This document shows, piece after piece, positions 25,243 to 37,219 of a stretch of 64,000 bases of DNA. The notes beneath the pieces were generated by a model. It was given only the letters and a program-made list of their open reading frames with translations. It was not told the DNA's origin and did no database searches. The DNA lies in contig JAXLNO010000284.1 in the NCBI GenBank assembly GCA_038087875.1, forward strand, positions 1 to 64,000, read 5' to 3'. Both the position numbers and the translations under genes were made by a program. This DNA is from Malacoraja senta. Taxonomy: Eukaryota. How positions within the stretch are numbered: the stretch's first letter is position 1; each line of letters starts with the position of its first letter.

Positions 25243-28152
25243 CAAAAAAATGCTGGAGAAACTCAGCGGGTGCAGCAGCATCTATGGAGCGAAGGAAATA
25301 GGTAACGTTTCGGGCCGAAACCCTTCTTCAGACTGATAGGGGGTGGGGAGAAGAAAGGAAAAAAGGAAAAGGCGGAGGAGGAGCCCGAGGGCTGGGGGAG
25401 GGGAGCAGACAACCAGATGGCTGATGAAGGGGAGGGGACAGCCAGGGCTAGCAGAATTGGGAGAATTCAACGTTCAGGCCACCAGGATGTAGACTGCCCA
25501 AGCGGAATATGAGGTGCATTTCCTCCAATTTACGGTGTTGCTCGCTGTGGCCATGGAGGAGACCCAGGACAGAGAGGTCAGATACGGAATGGGAGGGGGA
25601 GTTGAAGTGCTGAGCCACCGGGAGTTCAGGTGGTTATTGCGGACCGACCGGAGGTGTTCGGCGAAACGATCGCCAAGCCTCCGCTTGGTCTCACCGATGT
25701 AGATCAGCTGGCATCTAGAGCAGCGAATGCAATAGATGAGGTTGGAGGAGATGCAGGTGAACCTCTGTCGCACCTGGAACGTCTGCTTGGGTCCTTGAAT
25801 GGAGTGGAGGGGGGAAGTGAAGGGACAAGTGTTGCATCTCTTGCGGTTGCAAGGGAAAGTACCAGGGGAGGGGGTGGTATGGGAGGGAAGGGAAGAATTG
25901 ACAAGGGAGTTACGGAGGGAGCGGTCTTTGCGGAAGGCAGACATAGGGGGAGATGGGAAGATGTGGCGAGTGGTGGGGTCACGTTGGAGGTGGCGAAACT
26001 GACGGAGGATCACTTGTTGTATGTGACGGCTGGTGGGGTGAAAGGTGAGGACTAGGGGGACTCCGCCTTTGTTGTGAGTGGGGGGATGGGGAGAGAGAGC
26101 AGTGTTGCGGGGTATGGCAGAGACCCTGGTGCGAGCCTCATCTATGGTGGAGGAGGGGAACCCCCGTTCCCTGAAGAATGAGGACATTTCAGATGCCCTG
26201 GTGTGGAACGCCTCATCCTGGGAGCAGATGCGGCGTAGACGGAGGAATTGGGAGTGGGGGATGGAGTCCTTACAGGAAGCAGGGTGGGAAGAAGTGTAGT
26301 CCAGATAGCCATGGGAGTCGGTAGGTTTGTAGTGGATGTCGGTAAGGAGTCTATCACCTGCGATGGAGATAGTGAGGTCAAGGAATGGTAGGGAAGTGTC
26401 GGAAATGGTCCAGGTGTATTTGAGTGCCGGATGGAAGTTGGTGGTGAAGCGGATGAAGTCAGTCAGTTGTGTGTGGGTGCAGGATGTGGCACCAAACCAA
26501 TCATCGATGTAGCGGAGGTAGAGATCGGGGATGGGGCCCTGGTACGCATTGAACAAGGATTGTTCTACGTACCCGACAAAGAGGCAGGCGTAGCTGGGGC
26601 CCATGCGTGTGCCCATAGCTACGCCTTGTATTTGGAGGAAATGGGAGGAGTCAAATGAAAAGTTATTAAGTGTAAGTACCAGCTCCGCTAGGCGGAGGAG
26701 GGTGTCAGTGGCCGGGTATAGATTGCTTCTACGGTCGAGGAAAAAACGGAGGGCTTTGAGACCATCCTGGTGGGGGATGGAGGTGTATAGTGACTGGACG
26801 TCCATGGTGAAGATGAGGGGGTGAGGGCCTAGAGAGTGGAATGCGCGGAGATGACGGAGAGTGTCTGAGGTGTCTTGAACATAGGTGGGGAGGGATTTAA
26901 CCAAGGGGGATAGTATGGAGTCGAGGTAGGTGGAGATGAGTTCGGTGGGGCAAGAACAGGCAGAGACAATGGGTCTACCGGGACAGTCAGGTTTGTGGAT
27001 TTTGGGGAGAAGGTAAAAGCGGGCTGTGCGAGGCTGGGGAACGATGAGGTTGGAGGCTCGTTCGGGCAGGGCGTGGGAGTGGATGAAGTTGGTGATGGTG
27101 CTGGAGATGGTGGCCTGGTGCTCGTCAGTGGGGTCATGGTCCAAGGGTAAGTAGGAAGAGGTGTCCGAGAGTTGGCGCGTGGCCTCAGCTTTGTAGAGGT
27201 CGACGCGCCAGACTACCACGGCACCTCCCTTGTCGGTGGGTTTGATAACCCAATCTAGGTTGTTGCGGAGTGAGTCGATGGCAGTACGTTCAGGGGGGGA
27301 GAGATTGGAGTGAGACAGGGGAGTGGAGAAGTTGAGGCGGTTGATGTCACGGCGGCAGTTTTTAATAAAGAGTTCTAAAGCCGGAAGGCTACGAGGGGGG
27401 TTCCATGAGGATGGGGTGCGTTGGAGACGGGAAAAGGGGTCATCAGTGGGGAGCGAGGACTCCTTCCCATGGAAGTGAGCTGTGAGGCGGAGGCGACGGT
27501 AGAAGCGTTCCAAGTCATGGAGGGCACGGAACTCATTGAGAAGGGGACGGAGGGGGTCAAAGGTAAGACCTCTGCTGAGGACAGACCGTTCGATGTCGGA
27601 GAGGGGGAGGTCGGGGGGGGATGGTGAACACCCGGCAGGGATGGGGGTTGGGGCCGGAGGAAGGCAGGTGGGTGGAATGGGGACGAGGCGATGTGTGGTG
27701 GGGGGTGGTGGGTGGTCAGGGGGTGGGGGGGTGAGAGGGCAGTGGTGTGGGTGTGGAAGAGAAGTGGTCCCATAGTTGGAGAGGGATGGGGAAGAATCAG
27801 TGGAACTGCCACTGAGATAACCAGGGCTAGGCAGACTAGCGCTAGGACCCAGTGGAGTCAAACCCAGGAGAGTGGGAGTGAGCAGCGTGGAGGCTTCAGA
27901 CCCAGTACAGAGTCCAGTTTGCAGGTAAGGCGACGGCTGCGGGCTGCTGGAGGGAGGTGCAGTGGCGAGGGTCAGCGGACCCGACGGTCGGGGTCCGTGG
28001 GCAGTGGAGTCGGGGTCGGTGGGGCTGGAGGGCGTTGCAGTGGCGAGGGTCGGCGGACCCGATGGTCGGGGTCCGTGGGCAGTAGAGTCGGGGTCCACGG
28101 GCGATGCGTGGGAGGTCCCAGTAGGCGGATGGTCGGTGGGGCGGCGCAAGGT
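25243..28152 (-). mobile_element. Penelope-like retroelement (RT plus GIY-YIG endonuclease) inserted in CR1 ORF1
   Basis: ORF 25474-28149: TDKGGAVV, LLPKIHK, GVAMG, YLRYIDD, NLIYCIRC...YIGET. Probable frameshifts near 27615 and 25630; possible GTACA TSD; hammerhead core in the 3' end. Confidence 0.93.
25304..25331 (-). ncRNA. Minimal hammerhead ribozyme core in the Penelope 3' end
   Basis: Minus strand reads CTGAAGA-A-GGGT-TTCG-GCCC-GAAAC-GTT (CUGANGA, stem II, GAAA). Confidence 0.7.
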
Positions 28153-28385
28153 GTACAGCCACCGGGGTACTCTCTAGTCCCTGCCTGTGCCCCTTGCCTC
28201 TCCCAACTGTGATCCACTTGCCTGCCTCCTGTGGTCTTGGAGTGACCACCTCCCTGTAACTCCTCTCAATGACTTCCTCGCTCTCCCTGAGCAGACAGAG
28301 GTCATCGAGCTGCTGCTCCAGGTTCCTAATACGGTCCATTAGGAGCCCCATCTCGATACACCTGGCGCAGATGTGGATGTCTGGT
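28153..28385 (-). pseudogene. CR1 ORF1, N-terminal part
   Basis: HICARC..LEQQLDDL..IERSYREVVTP..STPVAV, which continues into DNKYS on the far side of the Penelope insertion. Confidence 0.8.
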
Positions 28386-29107
28386 CCACGTTTACGGGTC
28401 CCAGATGTACTTTCCCAGCCAAAGTAAGTCAAATGGGCACTGGTGGGTGAAGAGTTGTAAACTAAGACCCTTGGACAGGTGAGTGGACAAGACAGGTTTA
28501 GAGGGGACAATGGACACAAGTGTGTGGCCTTTGGTACCTTCTCAAGATGGCGTCTTGAACGGCGGGACCTTAACAAGATGGCGGCCGGCATCCGACCAAT
28601 CAACGGCGCCGACCTCACCAAGATGGCCGCCATCAACCCCATACAAAGATGGCCACCGGCATCCGACCAATCAGCGGCGCCGATCTCACCTGCCCTCACC
28701 AAGCAGAAAAATGGTTCGAAGAAACACAAAAAAGTATGTTCTTTATGAAACAGTATCCTGGGCATGATCAACTTGGTTGAACGTCTGTGGCAATGCCCCA
28801 AAAGAAGAAAGAATGACAACACCCTGCAAAGACCAATGCGGAGACCACATCAGATGCACAATGGGGACAATCACAGTAAATACTGCAGTTTCCAGAGTAA
28901 AAGGGATCTCAAGACACTGCATGAAAACATCACCGTGCCAGAATTTCAAGCTTTAGTTGCCTTCACTGGAGTTCATCCCCATTAACTCACTGGTGGCTCC
29001 TGGATCATGTGATTGATCTTTGCCACCTTGATCTCCATTACTGGAATGAATCAGCTTGGCATTCTATAAAGCCTTCGCCTGAAGCAAATATGTTTTAAGT
29101 GAGAAAA

Positions 29108-29780
29108 GGGTGGCACGGAGGCGCAGCGGTAGAGTTGCTGCCTTACAACTCCGGGTTCCAGAGTTTGTACATTCTCCCCGTGGGAGATCATTGGTTTCCT
29201 TCCACACCAAATACAGGTTTGTAGGTTAATTGGCTTGATATACATGTAAATTGTCCCTTGTGTGTGTCTTGTGAGTCTGTGGAATTCTCTGCCTCAGAGG
29301 GCGGTTCTCTGGAAATTTTCAAGAGAGAGCTAGATAGGGCTCTTTAAGATAGTTAAGGGCTTGGACACGCTAGAGGCAGGAAACATGTTCCCGATGTTGG
29401 GGGAGTCCAGAACCAGGGGCCACAGTTTAAGAATAAGGAGTAGGCCATTTTGAACGGATATGAGGAAACACTTTTTCTCAGAGTGGTGAGTGTGGAATTC
29501 TCTGCCTCAGTGGGCGGTGGAGGCAGGTTCTCTGGATGCTTTCAAGAGAGAGCTAGCTAGGGCTCTTAAAATAGCAGAGTCAGGGGATATGGGGAGAAGG
29601 CAGGCACGGTGTACTGATTGGGGATGATCAGCCATGATCACATTGAATGGCGGTGCTGGCTTGAAGGGCCGAATGGCCTACTCCTGCACCTATTGTCGAT
29701 TGATAGTGTTAGTGTGCGGGATCGCTGGTCGGTGCGGACTAAGGGCCTGTTTCAGCACTGTATCTCTAAGCTAAACTAAA
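29108..29780 (+). mobile_element. tRNA-derived SINE (HE1/V-SINE-like) split by CR1 3' fragments (about 29270-29700)
   Basis: GGCGCAGCGGTAGAGTTGCTGCCTTACA head; CTAAACTAAA tail at about 29770; CR1 3' UTR in between. Confidence 0.75.
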
Positions 29781-30000
29781 ACATAGGTGAAGTCAGCACC
29801 AAAACTCAGAATCCCAGTTCAAACACCAGTGAGCTAGCTGTCAAATATTGGCACATTAACAGTTACTATATCGCAAAGTATATGTTTGTAAAAGCTAGAT
29901 AAATATTTGAGGCAAAGGAAAATTAAAGATTGCAGGAAAAGGCCAAGGTTATAGGATTGTTCCAGCAAAGAATCAATGATCCTTTATTCACTTCCATAAC

Positions 30001-30093
30001 CTGCACCTCAAACGTCTGGATTGAATCCCCTTCCTCGTTATACGTGTATTGTCCCAATAGGATCCCTTCGGCTTGATTTTCATCATCCAAGCC
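30001..30093 (-). pseudogene. SUN2: SUN2-like exon, SUN domain (GLDDENQAEGILLGQYTYNEEGDSIQTFEVQ)
   Basis: gacag| acceptor and |gttatg donor, 93 nt, phase 0-0. Confidence 0.88.
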
Positions 30094-31134
30094 CTGTCAA
30101 CAAGTAGAAATTAGCAAGCTTTGCACACAGAAAATTACTCTCCAGTCACCCCAACAATTATACAAGCCTGGTGGAAGCAGGACTTTCACCCTTGCCTGGA
30201 AGAAAGCTTGGTTGAATATATAAAGTCATAAAGTAGTTGCCTAAAAGTCAATTGGAAAAATGTCATCACCTCATTTAGCACATGAAGTGAATCTGTACAT
30301 AATCAAACAGAATAATAATAATAATGAATTTTATTTATGAGCGCCTTATACCGAGGTCTCAAGGACACCTTACAGAGATTTATGGTTAACATATAATCAG
30401 AATAATCAGAATTTAAAAAAATAAGTTATAAAGGCCAATACACAAATCAGGGACAGAATTCCTTCCAAAAACACAAAAAAGAAAATCAGAAACACAATTT
30501 GAGGAGAGAGCAGCGGCAGCGAATGTCCTGCATGTGTAGCATCAACTCTCATCTGTGGGAGAAGATGAGAGTGATTGCCCACAGGGGCCTCATCAGGCAC
30601 CTCTATACCCACAGAACTAGAGTGGAAGCAATTCATCCTCAATCCTGAGAGAATACCACTGACGAATTGTTCACCCCCACTCAGGAAAGCACTTGGTATA
30701 ACAATTGTCCCTAGTATGTGTAGGGTAGTGTTAACTTTAATCTCATCTATTGGTTGAAAAGTTGCTTCATCACTGTATGAAGCTTTTGTGGTTAGCAGTG
30801 TTGAGGATTGTGCAATAAAGTGACAAAACTCAGTGAAGACAGTGAAAATCCAGAATCACAGTTCAAACACCAGTATGAGCAACTTGTGTAGCATGGAAGA
30901 TTGAAGATTATATTAGAGGGCCTTCTATTTGAGGGATTATTGTTCTGGACTGTGAAATGGAATTTGCTCATTTTTAACAGAACTTGTTAATGTTATTGAC
31001 GTGGATTGTGAGACCACTCGGGACCCTGAACATGGAATCCAATGTCCAAGAAAGCCATGCCATGTTCAGCAGCATGCTCCACACAAACACCATGGTTCCC
31101 AAACATTCACTCATATTCTATACGTTTCCCTCAC

Positions 31135-31302
31135 ATAAACAGAGACGTCTTGAGGGGCACTTATAATTGATCCACGCGGAGATCAATGGATTGGAATGTA
31201 CTCTAGGGGAAAGGCTGTAGGCCTGATCCGGACAGCAAGCTCGATGACAACAAAGCCTTGGGAGGCTTTAAATGGCCAACAGTTCCCAGGATGAACCTGC
31301 GG
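31135..31302 (-). pseudogene. SUN2: SUN2-like exon, SUN domain (PQVHPGNCWPFKASQGF...YIPIH*SPRGSIISAPQDVSVY) with in-frame stop
   Basis: ttgcag| and |gtgagg, 168 nt; TGA at 31185-31183. Confidence 0.9.
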
Positions 31303-31340
31303 CTGCAAGAGAGAACAAGAAAAAAAATTAGGAAAAATTC

Positions 31341-31618
31341 TCAGTTTAGTTTAGAGATACAGCGCGGAAACAGGAAATATTAACACTCTCCTACCCACAC
31401 TCGGGACAATTTTGTTTTACATTTACCAAGCCAATTAACCTACAAACCTGTACGTCTTTGGAGAGTGGGAGGAAACCGAAGATCTAGGAGAAAACCCACG
31501 CAGGTCACGGGGAGAACGTACAAACTCGGTACAGGCAGCACCCATAGTTGGGATCGAACCGGGGTCTCTGGCGCTACAAGCGCTGTAAGGCAACAACTCT
31601 ACCACTGTGCTGCCCACA
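31341..31618 (-). mobile_element. tRNA-derived SINE (HE1-like)
   Basis: Reverse complement of the SINE head with a box B-like GGTTCGATCCC and an AAACT tail. Confidence 0.8.
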
Positions 31619-31709
31619 ATTCTCTACCCACAATTATCCCCCTTCCTTTCAACAGAACACTGATTCTTCCTAAAGGGACAGCAAAGATTTGGATTTGTGG
31701 ACACGATCC

Positions 31710-31960
31710 ACGTGAGGATATGTGGATACTTACAGAATAATGAAAGGCATAGAGTGGATGTGGAAAAGATGTTTCCACTTGTGGGAGAGTCTAGGACCAG
31801 AGGCCATAGGCTCAGAATTAAAGGGTGCGCCTTTAGAAATGAGGTGAGGAGGAACTTCATTACCACAGAGGGCTGTGGAGGCCAAATCAGTGGATATTTT
31901 TAAGGCAGAGATAGACCAATTCTTGATTAGAACGGGTGTCAATGGTATTTTGGGAACAGG
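31710..31960 (+). mobile_element. CR1 3' fragment
   Basis: Encodes MFPLVGESRTRGHRLRIKG. Confidence 0.7.
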
Positions 31961-33384
31961 GACGGGTTGTTGGGGTGGGGGTTGCTATGGCAGGCATCTG
32001 CAGTCTCGACCCCTCAATGTTTTCTGCCAATTTACGTCAACCCTGCAGAATAAGAAAACGCGCTACAATTTTCCAGCAGAGCCGATTTCCTGCTTTTGGT
32101 TCATGGTTTGACAATTATTAAGTTAATGCAGAGAACAGGAGTTACTGAGACATTTTTAACACACTGTCCCCACTCTCACACCATTTACAAAGTATCAGGA
32201 CAAGTACCTGAACCAGCAGGACTTCTGTCTCGGGTAGTGTGATCAAATGCAACCCCAAATATGTTTTCTCTGATTTCCTCTAAATCTTTCTTTGTTTTAA
32301 AAGCTCAACCCTCTGGACTTAGGCACCTCTGTAAGCTACAGGCAAATGGGATTAGTTGTACGGGTACCTGATGGTTGACGTGGACGTGTTGGGCACAAAG
32401 GGCCTGTTTCTGTGCTATATGACACCACAAGTGGATTTAAAAATCAGAACTCAATTGAAGATTTGACAAACACACTGGCAATCTACATCCAGGTGAGAGG
32501 AATGGGGAGCAGAAAGCGTCGTAGTTTGGTTAAAGCAGATGGAAGGAGCCACTTTTCCTTAAGGAAGGATATTTTTGCTATGGAGGGAACACATCAGAAG
32601 TGCAGCAGATTAACTTTAGGGATGGCAGGGCCGACGTATGAAGAACAATCTGGTCAGTATTCACTGGAGTTTGGAAGGAATGATCGTTTTATAGAAACCT
32701 ACAAAATGTAGAAATTGTAACAGGACTGGAAAGATTCGAGGTAAGATGTTCCTGATGCTGGGAGTTTCAGGACCAGGATCACAGTGCGAGGATAAGGCGA
32801 GGTCATGTAGAACTCAGAGGGGGAGAAATATCTTCATCCAGAGAGGTGAACCAGAGGAATTCTCTATCATGGAATGCAATTGAAATCAGATCGTTGAATA
32901 TACTCATGAGTTAAATATTGTTCTTGTAGCTAGAGGGACCAAGAGGTAAGGGGAGAAAGGTATGGGGAGTCTCCCAACTGGGGACACAATTTGGATGATC
33001 AGCCATGATCACACTGAGGGGTTGAGTGGGCTTGAAGGGCCACATTGCTTACTCCTGTTCATAATTTCCATGTTTCTATTCCATATCCCACAACTGTGGT
33101 ACTGAACAAGCACGCATGATGGGCCAATGCATGATTTTTTCGACATATATAACAAAACCTTGCATTCTTCTGAGAAGAACTGGGAAGAACTGTTATGCAG
33201 AGTATGTTTCACATAAACCTGGGGAAAGCAGAAGACACACACTAGTTGTGGTGCCCCCTACAGTAAATCTTGAAGTTGTGGACCTATAGCGTCCCTGTAC
33301 CTTGCTGCCTCTAGGAGAGTATTCGAAGGTCACTGCTTTCATGCTTTCAAGACAAAAGGGAGCAGCAGTACAAGGAGTATATAC

Positions 33385-33500
33385 CTGAATGACAGCTGTG
33401 GGTGAGTGAGATTGGTACCACAGTGGAATGCCAAACAGAGTAAGAAGAGCAGTCTTGGTCTCTAACGTCTCTGTGCAGCGTGTGTGGATCACACTGCCAC
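33385..33500 (-). pseudogene. SUN2: SUN2-like exon (GSVIHTRCTETLETKTALLTLFGIPLWYQSHSPTAVIQ)
   Basis: ttgttag| and |gtatat, 116 nt, phase 1-0; hallmark SUN-domain motif. Confidence 0.93.
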
Positions 33501-34981
33501 CTAACAAGAGAAAAGAGAATCATTATCATATCACTGAATGGACAAAGTTAATCATGAATCCTTCAAGAAATATGCAGGTTTGCAGAGAACTGCAAAACTC
33601 TGGCAGAGGGATTGGAACGTTTTTGCTTGAGTGCTGACCACTAAGAAGAACTTTCCACTTTGTCCAAGAACTCAACACATCCAGCACAACTGCAGAAATA
33701 ATTTAATGTTACAATCACAATTGTTTAAGTAAACTTGAAAGCGAATTTTCATACAATGTCCAACAGGTTGGAGCACAGAATCCAGCTGAAACTTTAAATA
33801 CACAGCTGAATGGCCACCAGGTGGCAGTGGTTGGATAAGTACCCTCCCAAATCTCAACCATTTACTTGCTCTCATCATTTTTCCATTCAATACAACTATA
33901 ATAAACAAGGAGCTATTTTTGCAAAAAAATAAGTACAATGAGAAAGATTTCTGTAACATAAAATGGAAGCAAAACTTCTACCCGCTGACCAAGATATAAA
34001 AATATTGTTATTTGTGGGCAGTTAGCTGGGAACATGTGCAACCAATGACTGCTGTCTGCATAGGTTCTTTTTTCTCAATTATATAAAGCCATTTAGCATT
34101 ACATCTGACCTAGTTTAGAGACAACCAGAAAGGACAATTTATATTGTAGAACATATATTTCTCATATATTGTAGAACATATATTTACATCGCAGGAACAG
34201 GCCCTTTTGTCCCACTGTGTCTGCACCAACCATGATGTCAGCCTAACTCATCCCATCTGACGGGACATGGTCTACATCTCTCTACTCCCTGTCTGAACAT
34301 GTATCTGTCCAAATGCCTTTTAAAGATTACTACTGTATCTGCTTCCACCACCTCCCCTGACAACACACCTACAGCTGTGCAAGAAAAAGTTGCCTCACAC
34401 ATCTCCTTTAAACATCCCCCCTTCACACATCTCCTTTAACATCCCCCCTCTCACCTTAACTCTATGCCCTCGCGTATTTGACATTTTCACCCTGGGGAAA
34501 GACTGCCTACTCTATCTATATATCTCTCATAATTTATATACTTCTATCAGGTCTCGTCTCAGCCTCTGACGCTCCAGCAAAAACATTCCATTTGTCCAAC
34601 CTCCCCTTATAGCTAATATTCTATTCTAACATTCTGTCTAATCCAGGCAGCATCCTGGTCATTCTGCAGATTGCTGAAACCTAAAGTAGATCTTCAGCTT
34701 TCTACACAATTCCAATTGTCCAATGTTAGCTTGAGAAGAACCAAGCTTCTATCCACATTTCAAACCATGAGCTTGTCTTCTTTTCTTGCACTTCTACAGG
34801 TGTTTAAGATTTCATTCGTCTGCCACTATTTGCATCTCCACCGATCCAGCTGGTATCGACATTCATCTCAAATATCTCCTGGTCTCCAGTCTATCTATTT
34901 TGTTCTCACTTTCTCTGCAACGTAAACTTTGCTTCAAGGAATAAAACTGGCCAACCAACAGAAGATGGGAGCAATTAAATC

Positions 34982-35175
34982 AGGGCAGCACAGTGACGGA
35001 TCGGTAGACCTCATGCCTGACAGCACCAGAGACTTGGGTTTGATCCTGACTACGGGTGCTGTCTGTACGGAGTTTGTACATTCTCCCTGTGACCGCATGG
35101 GTTTTCTCCGGGTGCTCTGGTATCCTCCCACACTCCAAAGATGTACAGGTTTGTAGGTTAAATGTAAGTTGTAAA
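34982..35175 (+). mobile_element. tRNA-derived SINE (HE1-like), degraded
   Basis: GATCCTGACTACGGGTGCTGTCTGTACGGAGTTTGTAC core shared with the other copies. Confidence 0.7.
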
Positions 35176-35420
35176 ATTGGCCAGAGGGCAGAATAGACCT
35201 ATCTTTTCTTCATACGCATTAAATTACTTGGAGTTCCAGATTTGCAGATGATACTGTGAACTGGGGGTATTCATGGAATTGGAGGCAAATACAGAATATG
35301 GTTTGAACAGCTGTAATTCAAATGTGAAATATTTCATTTTGGGAGGAGGAATAAGGCAATGTAAACTGGAGGGCACAATTCTAAAAGGAGTGAAGAAACA
35401 ACAGTGTCTCTGGAATGGGT

Positions 35421-35448
35421 GACGTTTCGGGTCGAGACCCTTCATCAG
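35421..35448 (-). ncRNA. Minimal hammerhead ribozyme core (Penelope-derived)
   Basis: CTGATGA-A-GGGT-CTCG-ACCC-GAAAC-GTC. Confidence 0.6.
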
Positions 35449-36043
35449 ACCTTCACATCCTTCTGACACACGTGGGTGATATATGTGCCTAGTTTACTGA
35501 AAGAAGGAAGTTTAGGATGTTGTTTAAAAACGCCTGTACTTTATAAATAACGGCTCAGGGTACAAGAGCAAAGAAGTGATGGGGAACTTTGTAAAACACA
35601 GGCTTGGCCACAGCTGGAGTAGTGCATCCAGTCTGGCTGCCTTGCCCTCAGAAAGGCATGAAGCTTCGGAGAGAGTGCACAAGAGAGTAACCAATGTGTT
35701 TGCAGGGATGGTGGAGCAGTGGACAGAATGAAGATGGCCGATAGTGCCCCAGGGCAAGGCCATCCCACCGATGCCTCGGCCTTTAAATGAGTTGTGGATT
35801 GGCGCAACATCAAGCAGTTACAAGTTAAATTAACATTCAGCAGTGTGAACCTCAGCAGCTCTGGGAAACCTGTACTGTCAACATAGATTTGTACTTGCCT
35901 ATTCAGGACATATTGCCCAGTGTGAAAGAGACCCCATTCCACAGGAGCAAGTGAAACATGACTAAAGTGCCTGCCCACACAACACCCTTTCAGTCTGTTA
36001 CATTCAGGGTTTTACTTGGCCCGGGCTTTTGTCTGATACTTAC

Positions 36044-36125
36044 CAGCAGATTCCAATGCATAATCCACCAATCCAACCCTGTCAGCGCTGTATTTTAGTG
36101 CTTGCTCCACAATGCTTTTCACATC
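36044..36125 (-). pseudogene. SUN2: SUN2-like exon (DVKSIVEQALKYSADRVGLVDYALESA)
   Basis: tttggtag| and |gtaagt, 82 nt, phase 0-1. Confidence 0.9.
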
Positions 36126-36479
36126 CTACCAAAGGAAAAATCAACAATAATCTGGGATAAGAAGGGGGCAGTAGAGGGCAATAGAGTGCAGAGCCCACAC
36201 ACATACAGAAACCAGACGGGCAATGCTCCCTTCAACATTTCCCACAAAATGATCCCTCTTATCCATTCCCATAATCTGGAATTAGCAAGGTGTAATAAAA
36301 GTGAGCGATGGAGAGCCCAAGTATACTGCATAGAAGGCAGCAGGATTATGTGATCAGGTCAATAATTATTACAGTACATTGACATGGATAGGACAGGTTT
36401 GGAGGGATATGGGGCAAACGCAGGCAGGTGGGACTAGTGTAGCTGGGACATGTTGGCCGGTGTAGACTTATGCAATGTT

Positions 36480-37150
36480 CCATTCAGTTTGACATTGCCT
36501 TACACCTGTCCTTCACAGAAAGGTTCCTGAAGAAAACTACCCGTGACCACGTGATCAAGGTAGAACGAGCTACAGGCACTGTGGAGAAGGACTCGATGGA
36601 TCCCATTAGATGGCTCCCCAAGCAGACAGAGGAACTCGCCAACAGTAGTGTGAGGAGCCCTCCCAGTCAGACCCTGCCTGCTCTGTCAGAAAAGCACCCC
36701 ACTGCACGCTGCCATTGAGATGGTTGTGGTGTGGACAACATTCACCTGCTTATGCACTGGGTGTTTGACAGGAAGGTCAGAAGAAGAATGCAAGGGCTCT
36801 TGTCATGGTTCATCCTGTGCAGTTGTGCATTAGTGATCTATGAGCTGTTCAACAGGGACGCACAAGATAAATGTCAACTGCTGCTGGAAGATCATTATCT
36901 CAGCGGAAGACTCACTTTGGTCTGCCCAAAAATTGATCTTCCTGCATAAGATGTGGGTAAATGAATTGCTGTCGACTGGCACATTCCAGGGTGTGAGAGA
37001 ATGTGGTGTGAGGGACACACTGAAGCTCAGTGTAGTCACCACAGAGGCTGTGGGGGAGTGGCCTTGGTCTAAGGTCCGGCCACCACTAGACACTGAGGGA
37101 CTCTCAGACACTTCATAGGAGCACTGTTTAAGGATGTGGTGTTTATTGAC
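36480..37150 (+). mobile_element. Degraded Tx1/L1-like LINE 3' region
   Basis: Remnant Cys/His finger-like segment and NCCWKII..DSLWSA motif; recognised by resemblance only. Confidence 0.45.
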
Positions 37151-37219
37151 ACATTGCAAGTGAAAGTGCTGAATTGATGGAACGTAGAGCAAGACATGCC
37201 CCAATTTCATTACTAGATA

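Larger units (their letters stand above)
21452..28700 (-). mobile_element. Near full-length CR1-clade LINE, interrupted by a Penelope-like element; 5' boundary approximate
   Basis: 3' tail (CTATGTAT)n at 21452; ORF2 with APE endonuclease (CLNARS, ITETW, MGDFN, SDH) and RT (QHGF, LDFQKAFD, GVPQGSVLGP, KFADD); ORF1 with a Cys motif, coiled coil and SGNH esterase (GDSIIR, HIGTND). Confidence 0.92.

Noticed and set aside
27896..28822. 308-aa ORF
   Set aside because: Chimera of CR1 5' region, CR1 ORF1 N-terminus and an alternative frame of Penelope.
29790..29835. GAACTGGGATTCTGAGT (minus strand) resembling the missing last SUN exon ELRILSNWG
   Set aside because: Needs indels, is not followed by HPEYTC, and a similar sequence recurs at about 30850, suggesting a repeat.
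31540..31618. tRNA gene-like box A/B sequences here and in the other SINE heads
   Set aside because: These are heads of tRNA-derived SINEs joined to SINE bodies; no complete cloverleaf.
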